From NCBI GenBank assembly GCA_002269645.1, contig NIVC01001712.1, positions 1-34,708 of the forward strand: a DNA stretch of 34,708 bases, written 5' to 3'. The stretch's first letter is position 1. The number at the start of each line of letters is the position of its first letter. Below the pieces are notes generated by a model, which worked only from the letters and a program-made list of their open reading frames with translations, ran no database searches and had not been told where the DNA came from. The DNA comes from Macrostomum lignano (taxonomy: Eukaryota). Positions 21,915 to 32,838 of the stretch are shown one piece after another. Both the position numbers and the translations under genes were made by a program.

Positions 21915-23608
21915 CTTTAATCCCCTACCACCCTATATTTCTAATTCCCTACCTGTCTAGATCTCTAATCCTCTACTTGACTTCTAGATCTCTAATCCCC
22001 TACATGTCTAGATCTCTAATCCCCTACATGTCTAGATCTCCAATCCCCTACCTGTCTAGATCTCCAATCCCCTACCTGTCTAGATCTCCAATCCCCTACC
22101 TGTCTAGATCTCCAATCCCCTACCTGTCTAGATCTCCAATCCCCTACCTGTCTAGATCTCCAATCCCCTACCTGTCTAGATCTCCAATCCCCTACCTGTC
22201 TAGATCTCTAATACCCTACATGTCTAGATCTCTAATCTCATAGGCTGCCTGTCAAGTCTCTAATCCCCTACCTGTCTAGATCTCTAATCCCCTACCTGTC
22301 TAGATCTCTAATCCCCTACCTGTCTAGATCTCCAATCCCCTACCTGTCTAGATCTCTAATCCCCTACCTGTATAGATCTCTAATCCCCTACCTGTCTAGA
22401 TCTCCAATCCCCTACATGTCTAGATCTCTAATACCCTACATGTCTAGATCTCTAATACCCTACATGTCTAGATCTCTAATACCCTACATGTCTAGATCTC
22501 TAATACCCTACATGTCTAGATCTCTAATACCCTACATGTCTAGATCTCTAATCCCCTACATGTCTAGATCTCTAATCCCCTACATGTCTAGATCTCCAAT
22601 CCCCTACCTGTCTAGATCTCCAATCCCCTACCTGTCTAGATCTCCAATCCCCTACCTGTCTAGATCTCCAATCCCCTACCTGTCTAGATCTCCAATCCCC
22701 TACCTGTCTAGATCTCCAATCCCCTACCTGTCTAGATCTCTAATACCCTACATGTCTAGATCTCTAATCTCATAGGCTGCCTGTCAAGTCTCTAATCCCC
22801 TACCTGTCTAGATCTCTAATCCCCTACCTGTCTAGATCTCTAATCCCCTACCTGTCTAGATCTCCAATCCCCTACCTGTCTAGATCTCTAATCCCCTACC
22901 TGTCTAGATCTCCAATCCCCTACATGTCTAGATCTCTAATACCCTACATGTCTAGATCTCTAATACCCTACATGTCTAGATCTCTAATACCCTACATGTC
23001 TAGATCTCTAATACCCTACATGTCTAGATCTCTAATACCCTACATGTCTAGATCTCTAATACCCTACATGTCTAGATCTCTAATACCCTACATGTCTAGA
23101 TCTCTAATACCCTACATGTCTAGATCTCTAATACCCTACATGTCTAGATCTCTAATACCCTACATGTCTAGATCTCTAATACCCTACATGTCTAGATCTC
23201 TAATACCCTACATGTCTAGATCTCTAATACCCTACATGTCTAGATCTCTAATACCCTACATGTCTAGATCTCTAATACCCTACATGTCTAGATCTCTAAT
23301 ACCTTACATGTCTAGATCTCTAATACCCTACATGTCTAGATCTCTAATACCCTACATGTCTAGATCTCTAATACCCTACATGTCTAGATCTCTAATACCC
23401 TACATGTCTAGATCTCTAATACCCTACATGTTTAGATCTCTAATACCCTACATGTCTAGATCTCTAATACCCTACATGTTTAGATCTCTAATACCCTACA
23501 TGTCTAGATCTCTAATACCCTACATGTCTAGATCTCTAATACCCTACATGTCTAGATCTCTAATCTCATAGGCTGCCTGTCAAGATCTCTAATAACCTGC
23601 CTGTCTAG
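21915..23608. repeat. 24-bp minisatellite (tctagatctctaat[c/a]ccctac[c/a]tg), ~70 units, in DPP9 intron 2
   Basis: 8-aa periodicity (MSRSLIPY). An interrupting variant taggctgcctgtcaag recurs at 22241, 22773 and 23569. The block at 22920-23560 is homogenised. Confidence 0.97.
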
Positions 23609-23683
23609 ATCTTTAATCCCCTACCCGCATACCCATATCACCCTTTAACACACAATCAATAAAAAACTGAATTCGAAACTCAC

Positions 23684-24256
23684 AGCAAGAATCTGTTTGC
23701 TATCGAAACAGATGCAATAAACAGTTCGCTCAGCAGCATAAGCCGCTATCCTGGGATCGCTTGGACACAACGCCAAATTCAATGGCGTATGCGGCGCCTC
23801 AATACCTTTAGGCTCAACATCTCCAGCACTATTGAACACAGACGGATTGTCAACTAAATGACAGACAAAATTTTGATAAGCAAACACGATAGTGCCGCTA
23901 TTTGGATCCAGGTCGTAATCGACAATACCAGTAGAGAACGATCGTTTCCGTTCTTGCAGCAGCTCTTCTTCACGGGACAGGCCTCTATTACCCGAAGAAG
24001 ATAATAATTGGCTTTTAATAGTTAGCAGATTAACCAACTGTTTGTGCCGATTAGTGGCCGGATCGGAACAAGAGTCCGGATCCACATCGACGTACCACAA
24101 CGTCTGGCCAAGGAAGTTATTAGCTACTAAATAGTAGAATCGAACCAACGGCCTACCAGTAGTTGGGTCGGTGTAGTTACGAGCTCTTGGCTTAGCAACG
24201 CTTCGCCAAGCGTATTGGCTGAGTTTGGCTCGCATTGCGCTCAACAGGCGGCCAAT
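23684..24256 (-). CDS. DPP9: DPP8/9 exon 2: IGRLLSAMRAK...RFYYLV...TLWYVDV...LSREEELLQERKRSFSTGIVDYD...KQILA
   Basis: The DPP8/9-specific SREEELLxERKR motif. Donor GTGAGT at 23683. Acceptor tactcaccag at 24257 is inferred; 573 bp in phase 0. Confidence 0.88.
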
Positions 24257-24797
24257 CTGGTGAGTAGTATGTGAGAATAGTACTGTTGGGATACTGAAGA
24301 TGTTTTGCAACTCCACTCCGAGTAATCATGGAATCACGTGATCTATTTTATAATTCTAGAACTTTCTTTTGCATTCTATCCATCTGTACATTTAAACAGT
24401 AAAATCTGTTACTGAAATGTACATGGCAGATTTAGGCTGGAACAACCGAGGAAGGTACTCGTCATAAAAATTTGGTGGCGGGGCAGGGGTAGGAGTTCTG
24501 TGTGGAGTTTGGGGGTTTAAGCTGGGGGTAGAAGCCAATAAATGAGACTTGTCATAAAAAATAAATTAAAATGCTTCAATTTACCTTACTACTGAACTGA
24601 AAGTAGCTTGCACGCAAATGTGCTGCGTGGCCATCTAGTTATTCTAGCTAATCTAGCATCTGTGATTAAGACTAAATCACGATTTTACCATAGACAGTAG
24701 AACAACAAATACAATCTACTGCTGTCCAATAAAAATCAGTAGTCTATTAAGCACATACAAAATAGACACAGATAATAAATTAAAACTATAAGCCAAC

Positions 24798-25007
24798 CTG
24801 TTCAAATCCGAATCGTCCATCTGGTTGCAGTTGCTCTTCCTGTTTGAGCAGATTGGCCCATTGTGTGGTCCAATCTACGGATGCAGCGGCTGCTGCTGGG
24901 CCGAACGACGGCCCACTACTAACTGGTGTCTCAGGTATCAATCCACTAATAGGCTGCGACATGCTACTACTAGTACTAGAAGTAGTATTAGTAGTAGAGT
25001 CTGACAT
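24798..25007 (-). CDS. DPP9: DPP8/9 probable exon 1: MSDSTT...DGRFGFEQ
   Basis: ATG at 25007 and a CAG|GTTGGC phase-0 donor. The six exons sum to 2595 bp = 864 aa + stop, the size expected for DPP8/9. Confidence 0.7.
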
Positions 25008-25174
25008 AGCCTTCTTTAGGTTTCTTTGAAAAAATCGATAGGAAAAGCGTAAAAACCTGAAATGGCCAACAGGAGTGTTTTTAATTAAAATACGTCCTAC
25101 ATCTGGCTTATGCTTGATTCTAAGCTTCGAGCTAACCGCGAGAATCTGTGATTAACTTTAGTTAGGTTAAGTTG

Positions 25175-25542
25175 GATAGAAGCAGGGAGGCTGTGTGACC
25201 CTTTGGCGCACTTTAAGCGACATAGGCACACAACCGGCGAGAGGCATTGCTGCCCATTCCGCCGACTCCCCTGAGCAAGCACACAAGCGCGCGGATACGT
25301 ACGCAGTCATACGCACAGGCACACACTCACACAGGAGTGTACAGCGGCCCTAACGTTATATATCGTTAGACATCTACACTTCACTGTGCCTTGGGGTTTG
25401 GCCCTCAAGCTGGGCGTTAATTGCACGAGCAGAGCCAAGCCGAGATTCCAATTTAGCCCCAAACTAATGTGACTGCACTTGGAATCGAGCCTGGGCCGCT
25501 GGCACATCAGAGCGCCGCGCTGGACCACTGGACTACGGCACC
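25175..25542 (-). mobile_element. tRNA-derived SINE, family A copy 2 (longer form), just upstream of DPP9
   Basis: The reverse complement begins ggtgccgtagtccagtggtccagcgc...ggctcgattccaagtgcagtca and is colinear with copy 1 through gctcaggggagtcggcggaatgg. It then continues with a different 3' region. Confidence 0.85.
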
Positions 25543-26642
25543 TTATTAATGACATAAAGATAAAAAATAATAAAGACTGAAAAGTATTTTTTTTAGTTTC
25601 ATTCGACTCGAAAAAATCTTCTTTTAAATGAAACTGTAATGTTCTTTTAATTACAACAACGCAAAAGACAAATCTTATTATCCTTGAGCAGTGAAAATGT
25701 AACGTTGAACAGGTAGATCAATTTTAGGAGTTGATAAAATCTGACAAAACTTAAACGTCAAGATATAATTTATCAAGCTTTAGCGTCAGATTTATATTGC
25801 AATTTTTTGAACAATTAAAATACAAAATAACATAGCTGGGAATGGAAAAATAAAATCCAACAACATGGAGACTCGATAAAAAAATATAAATCATTTTTAC
25901 ACTTTTAATAATCATGTTTTTGAAAGTGGTAAGTGGAACAAAAAATATTAAACCAGGTTTTTCATCATATATATTTATCATAAGATATTGAGTCGGGTAC
26001 ACAGCTAAATTTTACCCCAGTTTTACTCCAAAAGACAAAACAAAATACTCTTATAAACAAGTTAAAGCAACAAGTTGTTGCTTTTTATTCAACTTAGCCA
26101 AACAAATAATGACGCACTACTGCCAAAGTGTACATCAGTTTAGTCAGTAATAACAACAAAGAAATCTTTAATGCTGCTCATAAAGTAGTATGTAGTGTAA
26201 ACGAAAAACGGCTTATCAAAAAATTAAATTTATACAATTTTGGCGTAATAAACAAAGTATAGGATTTAAAGAAAAATTGATTTAAAAAAGGAACTACATT
26301 AATAGTAGTATTATGTGTATACGCTTAAATATCTTAGACGCTAGTCAATAAAATGATAATTAAAACACAATACACAAAAAATAGAGCTACAACTAGATAT
26401 TAAAGAAGCTACAAAGAATATAAAGCTAATTCTTAGTCGAATAGACTCAATTATAAAAATCAATAAAGCTACCAGAGCTTAAAATTGAGCGCGATAAAAA
26501 GTTAACTAAACAAAAAGTAAACAGTTTAAAAATACTATAATAAATATTTATAGTAATTTTTGAATTCACGAAGTAATAATTCTCGATAATTAAATTTAAC
26601 ACCACCATTAAGTTAGATCCTTTGACTTTTGAAGAGGTAGAA

Positions 26643-26882
26643 AGGGCGATTCTTGAAGGTGTGAGGGCGATTCTGGAAGGTGTGAGGGCGATTCTTGAAG
26701 GTGTGAGGGCGATTATTTAAGGTGTGAGGGCGATTATTTAAGGTGTGAGGGCGATTATTTAAGGTGAGAGGGCGATTATTTAAGGTGCGAGGGCGATTAT
26801 TTAAGGTGTGAGGGCGATTATTTAAGGTGAGAGGGCGATTATTTAAGGTGTGAGGGCGATTATTTAAGGTGCGAGGGCGATA
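26643..26882. repeat. 21-bp minisatellite (gtgtgagggcgattatttaag), ~11 units, downstream of the GFOD-like gene
   Basis: Direct reading; 7-aa periodicity RPHTLNN. Confidence 0.95.
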
Positions 26883-27004
26883 CTTAAAATCAATTGTGCA
26901 AGAATTTGCAAGACACAAATGGTAAACAATCGGAGTTAACAGTTAAAACAGGTTGGGTCTGAATTCTGGCGTGAAAGAAGTTCACTTTAAAAAAAGATGC
27001 CAAA

Positions 27005-27431
27005 TCACGTCGTTGGAAATTTTCTACAAGCAATACCATCTTTGTCGCTGCCGGGACCTAATCTGCACTCGGCGATGGAGACCCACCGATTCAACTGGCT
27101 GGAGCATCGAATAGCCGCCAGTGTCTGCTGCAGCCAAGTCCAATAGCTGCCGGACGGATAGTCAACAACCACAGTATCGTTTCGAGCTATGGAATCGATT
27201 AATCCAGTCGCGCTTTTGATTAACTCTGGCGAGGCGAACTGTTTCATAGGCATGTCCGCCGAATGTGCAATAGTTTGCAAAATGCCTTGTTCAGATTCGG
27301 TGATTGGATCGCTGTGTAGAGTGTGCGGTTCTGCCGTACTACTATCAGCTAAGTAGTCAACGTGTGTCAGCACAAAATCCGATAGTGTCAGGCGACCATT
27401 TTCGCCGATTAGCTCAATGCTGTGGGAATAC
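27005..27431 (-). CDS. GFOD-like gene, probable last exon: YSHSIELIGENGRLTLSD...WTWLQQTLAAIRCS
   Basis: Acceptor ttcaaaag|g at 27432 is phase-compatible with the previous exon (FNG). IELIGENGRL resembles the GFOD VTVVGSAGRL strand. Confidence 0.65.
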
Positions 27432-27773
27432 CTTTTGAAAAGCGAAATTGAAAACAAATAACAACGCTAACTTTTGTACAAAACAGTAGTGTGATCAGTA
27501 GAGCGTAAAGAAAAACAAGCTATTTTAAATTGACCACTACTGTATGTGTACACATCCTTTCTTACCAGCAAACGTACACTATCAATTTCATACCCGAAAA
27601 TGTACACTGTCCTTTCTAACCCCAAGTGGAAACTGTCTTTTCTAACTCATATATGTACATTTTTCGTTTTAAATAATTGAGTAAAAAGTATTCTTTTTAA
27701 ATCCCAGAAGTGCACTGTTTTGAAACCCGCAAAGCAATAAACAATTTATCAAACAAATTACAAGTGCTCTCAC

Positions 27774-28070
27774 CCGTTAAATAGCGAGTCTAACCAAACA
27801 TGCACCCAGCAACCGCCAGCTAATTTCAAATCAAAACTGGCTACTTGGTCGACTCCAATACGCCTAATTTCGTCAATTTGACTGGACCGAGATTGACAGG
27901 TTAATAAATGACCGGAAGCGCTTATTACTTCGTAGCTGGTTAGCGGAGCACGAACTGCCAATGAAGCTGCGGCCGCGGCAGGGGCCAGATAGTGAACAAG
28001 CTCGACTGCTATGGCGCCGTAGTAGGCTAGAACTCCGCCGCCCATATCGGGATCGCATGTCCAATCGTAG
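27774..28070 (-). CDS. GFOD-like gene exon 3: YDWTCDPDMGGGVLAYYGAIAVELVHYL...
   Basis: Matches the GFOD1/2 motif YxWxCDxxMGGG. Acceptor ttgcag at 28071 and donor GTGAGA at 27773. Confidence 0.8.
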
Positions 28071-28104
28071 CTGCAATTAATAATTCAGCGCTTGGATTTA
28101 GCAT

Positions 28105-28560
28105 GTGTACATTGGGAGTGAGGTGGGCTGCGGGGTAGAGAAGAAAGCATCGTGTACATTGGGAGTGAGGTGGACAGTGAGGGGGTAGAGAAAGAAGCAT
28201 GGTGTGTACATTGGGAGTGAAGTGGACAGTGAGGGGGTAAAGAAAGAAGCATGGTGTGAACATTGGGAGTGAAGTGGACAGTGAGGGGGTAGAGAAAGAA
28301 GCATGGTGTGTACATTGGGAGTGAAGTGGACAGTGAGGGGGTAGAGAAAGAAGCATGGTGTGTACATTGGGAGTGAGGTGGACAGTGAGGGGGTAGAGAA
28401 AGAAGAATGGTGTGTACATTGGGAGTGAGGTGGACAGTGAGGAGGTAGAGAAGGAAGCATGGTGTGTACATTGGGAGTGAGGTGGGCAGCGAAAGGGCAG
28501 AGAAGCAAGCATGGTGTGTAAATAGGGCGGCAGAGAGGAAAGCATTGTGTACATTGGGGT
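28105..28560. repeat. 52-bp G-rich minisatellite (gtacattgggagtgaagtggacagtgagggggtagagaaagaagcatggtgt), ~9 units, in GFOD intron 2
   Basis: Period measured at 28206 vs 28258. Same family as 30001-30491. Confidence 0.95.
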
Positions 28561-28616
28561 GGGGCGGGCGAGTTAATCGACGAAGAATAAAAGATAATAA
28601 AATAATAAAAAACCAC

Positions 28617-28809
28617 TAACCGTTCCCAATAAGCTTTGGATAGCGCAAATTAATATTTATAACTTGTAATTGGCCAATTAAACCGGTGGATAGGCGAGAT
28701 CGCATGCACTGCACAGATGGTAGGTAGCGATAAGAGCAGCCAACTGCTACAGTATCTAATACGCGATATGGCGGCGGCGGCGGAGGCCAGAGTCTAACGG
28801 CTAGGCTGC
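28617..28809 (-). CDS. GFOD-like gene exon 2: SLAVRLWPPPPPPYRVLDTVAVGCSYRYLPSVQCMRSRLSTGLIGQLQVINI...LIGNG
   Basis: Absent from the ORF track; translated by hand. GxxYRYLPxVxxMR matches GFOD GNVLRFLPAFVRMK. Acceptor attcag at 28810. The donor is ambiguous: 28617 gives the right phase, while 28621 has the stronger GTTAGT. Confidence 0.75.
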
Positions 28810-29193
28810 CTGAATAGAGTTCAGTATGATAAATTGATTGAGACAGCGTTAAACAGTCGTGACTGAGTTAAATAATTATTATAAACCACATAATCTCAAA
28901 GAGCTCTTTGTAACAAATTTAATATAGACTCGATAGCTAAGATTGTACTCTGTCATCACAAAGTTGAGTGTCATATTTTAAGTAAAATTTTTTTAAGACT
29001 TCTTATGGAATCGTCAAATTTTGAGTAATCTGTAAACATGGAGTCTCCAGACGTCTGCAACTTTTTGGGTCTGAGAGGCCCAACAATTTTAATTGTAGCG
29101 TCGGGATAATTGTATTTTGTTAAGCGCTAGAAAAATCGATGCGAATTGTACAGATTAGGATTACTACTTCAGCTCCACCAACTTCGTTCGCAC

Positions 29194-29791
29194 CTGTCTC
29201 TTTAGCCAGCTTAGCCAATCCAATTTGTACTCGTTCACCGCGACAGCATAGCAACAGAAGCGACACTTCGGTTCGGCTAGCAAGCGCCGCAGGATCGCCA
29301 CCCACAACAACGGTGAAATTGTCTTCATCTAGCTGGTGTTCTATGCCAGTCCCGTCGCTGCTGCTACTACTACTGCTGGACAGTAGTAGAGACGATTGCG
29401 GCAATATGCATTCCCGTTTAAGAAAGCCTTCTAACGCAGCCCGCTCCGATTCGTCCGAAGTCCAACAGCCAACCAGACGGAATGGACGTCGTCGCTGATT
29501 ATTATTAGTATTATTATTAATATTATTATTAACCTTACTAATACTATGATTATTTAAACAAATTTGACGCAAAGCGCAAGCGGCAAACGGCGAGAAACCG
29601 AACAGGCCAACGCCAATTGGTCGAAGCGACGCTGGCGAAGTAATCTGATCATTGTCATCGTTAGCTTCATTGTCAGCAACATCATTATGATCGTTACAAA
29701 TGCTTTCATTGTCAATAGTTGCCATGCTTGATTCAACTGCTAGCGACGCTGCAGCTGTGGCGTCGTCGGCCAATTGAAGCAAATCTGACAT
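29194..29791 (-). CDS. GFOD-like (Gfo/Idh/MocA family, GFOD1/2-like) exon 1
   Basis: ATG at 29791 (the track start at 29806 is TTG). Motifs: IGVGLFG, FRLVGCWT, ALASRTEVSLLLLCC. Donor CAG|GTGCGA at 29193 (alternative exon end 29179); both are phase-compatible with exon 2. Confidence 0.72.
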
Positions 29792-30000
29792 TTGTTTTAA
29801 GCGCAATTTTCAACGCGGCTAATTTTACTTAAAGTGACCAGTTGCACGTCTGCAACTTGAGCAGCTCACGTATGATGCGCGGAAAAGATTCATTGATTTA
29901 AAAATACCGGAGTCAGAAATAAAAAATCATATACGATTCAATATAATTTATAGCTGTCAATACTTGTCATACGTTGAATTTCAGATGACTAGAAAGATAA

Positions 30001-30491
30001 GTACATTGGGAGTGAGGTGGGTAGCGAGAGGGTAGAGAAGCAAGCATCGTGCGTACATTGGAAGAGAGGTGGGCAGGAAGGGGGTAGAGAAGCAAGCATC
30101 GTGCCTACATTGGGAGAGAGGTGGGCAGGAAGGGGGTAGAGAAGCAAGCATCGTGCCTACATTGGGAGAGAGGTGGGCAGGAAGGGGTAGAGAAGCAAGC
30201 ATCGTGCCTACATTGGGAGAGAGGTGGGCAGGAAGGGGTAGAGAAGAAAGCATCGTGCCTACATTAGGAGAGAGGTGGGCAGGAAGGGGGTAGAGAAGCA
30301 AGCATCGTGCGTACATTGGGAGTGAGGTAGAAGCAAGCATCGTGCGTACATCGGGAGTGAGGTGGGCTGTGGGGGTAAAGAAGCAAGCATCGTGCGTACA
30401 TTGGGAGTGAGGTGGGCCGTGGGGGTAAAGAAGCAAGCATCGTGCGTACATTGGGAGTGAGGTGGGCCGTGGGGGTAAAGAAGCAAGCATC
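30001..30491. repeat. 50-52-bp G-rich minisatellite upstream of the GFOD-like ATG, same family and orientation as 28105-28560
   Basis: Period 52 measured at 30104 vs 30156. Shares gtacattgggag.gaggtgg...gggggta.agaa..aagcat.gtg with the other array. Confidence 0.95.
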
Positions 30492-31520
30492 CTTTTATTT
30501 CCTTTTAAAACATCCTGAATAGAAATAAACAAAAATGCTCCATACTTTAATTAATAGATGTTGTGTCATTTTTATTTCGAGAACTTATTGGGCATTTAAC
30601 GAAACGAGAGCAAAAAGCAGTTAAGGGAGAATTTTATGGGAAGCAGGTAAACTCGGAGTGGAAACTGTAGATAGCAAAATAGAATTTCTACAAACACACA
30701 TCGCTGAATTGATTAACTTCTGAAGAATATCGAGTATTTTTTAGATTGTTTGACTTCAAAATATACAGGCACCACTGCACAAGACAAACTGTACACAATA
30801 AGTTAATAGACACATTAACTTACGTGGAGCTGGGAGTCGAAACAGAATCTATAGATGCTATTATATCTTCTAAGATGGGTCTTACAATTTTATAAAAGTT
30901 TGAGTTGGACTTTTAAAAATCAATTTAAATATTTGGCGGCAATAAGTGGGTAAACAAAAAACATTTTTGTGCTGACGAAACAGAAAAAAAACTTAAAAGC
31001 ACAATTACTAACAAGTTTATCTCACTATATTTAATAATACTTACACAACGGCTGGACTATGCCTTGTGTATAAAATAATTAAGAACGATGCAGATATAAC
31101 TGGAATAAATATACAGTAAATTCGACATAACAAAAGATATAATGAATCGTTTTTAACCAATTGTGCGATGGAATGCCAGAAATATTTTTGTTACAACAAT
31201 ATTTTGAAGCTGAATAAATCGGTATCCAATTACGTTATTTAATTTGACATATTAATAACAAAACATAGGCCCTACTCAAGGCAATAGTCACGAAAGAATA
31301 ATTTGCCATCTAGAGTAAATAATTTTAATCAGAAGCACACACACAAAGACCTGGATATATAAATTTGCGATTATAGTTTGAAAAATAACTTATCAACAAC
31401 ACTTCAGCATTGTTTTGTTTTTAAGTTATGACTGTAAAAAACACAGAAGATAGTTAAGAAACGTTATGCCCGAACAATAAGTGCTGCGTTACTAACTTAA
31501 CAAGTAGCCCGTAAACAAAA

Positions 31521-31820
31521 TAATAATAATTGACTACATTTGCCCCGATCGGGCCAGATGTGCAACCGACAGCTCAGCCGCAGCTATTGCGCGGCGCATC
31601 TGAAGGCTGCGTACGGCTGTTCAGTCCAAGGACGGGGGGGGTTGCCACTCACACCCTTCATTACTCCAGCTAATGCTTAAATTTTACAGCTGCGTGAACT
31701 GAAGCAATGCCGAGTTAAGGACAATGCCCAAGAACACAAATTGTTTCCAGTAGGATCGGGAAACAAACCCCCCGACCTTCAAATCGTGAGTCCGACACCC
31801 TAACCACTAGGCTACAACTC
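31521..31820 (-). mobile_element. tRNA-derived CORE-type SINE (family B) with (ATT)n tail
   Basis: The reverse complement starts with A-box tagcctagtgg and a degenerate B-box. It continues gtgttcttgggcattgtccttaactcggcattgcttcagttcacgcagctgtaaaat (31681-31737), which resembles the MIR/CORE domain as I recall it, and ends in attattatta. Confidence 0.75.
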
Positions 31821-32108
31821 AAAATTTCTCCCTATAGAGAGCAAGTCATTTTTAGCATATTTCATAAACCGTAAACACTTATTCTTTGTCGAGCTCATGT
31901 AAACAAAAAATTCAGATTTTGATAAGTCATGACTTAACAAGTTGAGCAGCATATCAATTAAAATGTTCAAGTGTCATTAAATCAACTCGAATTGAACAGA
32001 AAGCACAAAAAAAAACTCGAGCTGGGATAATTTATGAAGGCGTCAATTTTGGCAAATTAATTAGTCTGCAAGTTCAACAATGTGCCAATTCACAATATAC
32101 TTCACGGA

Positions 32109-32639
32109 TCACTGCGTGTCAGGAATTTTCGAACTAGACGACAGATCGCTACGAATGTAGACGAGCACATAAGCAGACTTGGCTACCAGCTCGTCTCTAG
32201 TGACGCATTTGTGCACGTTACAATCATCGTAGTAGTACCAAGCGTTTGAGGGTTTATGAAACGCCGTAGCAGTGTAGTGACCGGCGCCTAATCCGCCAAA
32301 GTGATGAGCCACAGCTAGCAGATTATACTTGGTCGACTGGCCATAATCCGGTTGGATAATCCACTGGCGCAGGTCTAAATTCTCAACCGGATAGTCCACT
32401 TTCGTGTCAATTTTGCTTCGATAATGCCGCTCGTAGCTGAATCGTTTCAGATGGCAGACCAACACTGGCGGCAGGCTCCATAAGTCGATCTTTTTTGTGG
32501 CGCATTGGAATCGTTTACAATTCGGACAATGCCAGGCATCCTTTTTGCCCAGCGTTTCAGTATCAGTGTACAGTTTCAGACAGTCGTCAAGGCTGACGCA
32601 CTTTTCGGCTTCAAGAGAATCGCTTGCGCTGGGATGGAT
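32109..32639 (-). CDS. USP4/11/15-type deubiquitinase, last exon: IHPSA...VSLDDCLKLY...AWHCPNCK...ATKKIDLWSLPPVLVCHLKRF...His box HHFGGLGAGHYTA...WYYYDD...AYVLVY
   Basis: Canonical C19 His and Asp boxes. Acceptor cttaccgcag at 32640; 531 bp in phase 0, joining TEE of the previous exon. Confidence 0.92.
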   Translation of the reverse strand: MHPSASDSLEAEKCVSLDDCLKLYTDTETLGKKDAWHCPNCKRFQCATKKIDLWSLPPVLVCHLKRFSYERHYRSKIDTKVDYPVENLDLRQWIIQPDYGQSTKYNLLAVAHHFGGLGAGHYTATAFHKPSNAWYYYDDCNVHKCVTRDELVAKSAYVLVYIRSDLSSSSKIPDTQ

Positions 32640-32838
32640 CTGCGGTAAGATAGAGTTAAAACATTAAGGTAAATCTACGGAAACGGATTTTAAATTTAGT
32701 TTTAGGTAACCTTTACTATTTGAGAAGAGCATAGCTAAGAATTATAAGCTTGTACCTGCTTAAGCTTGTATCGCATTCTTCTGCAAACAAACTTGAACAA
32801 CACGAATGACATCAACTACTTAGGAGGTCGTAGCTAGC

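Noticed and set aside
21659-23571. MSRSLIPY-repeat ORFs
   Set aside because: 24-bp minisatellite read antisense to DPP9.
30640-30900. Short open stretches that might be a decayed TE ORF
   Set aside because: No recognisable motif, and the frames are interrupted.
31748-31820. Functional tRNA gene
   Set aside because: The T-loop/B-box is degenerate, the acceptor stem does not close, and the sequence continues into a SINE body. The same applies to the heads at 20655 and 25542.
32756-32780. Possible micro-exon in the USP intron (tttgcag...cag|gtac)
   Set aside because: It is 25 nt (not 3n) with a phase-0 stop, and TEE|IHPS already aligns with USP4/15.
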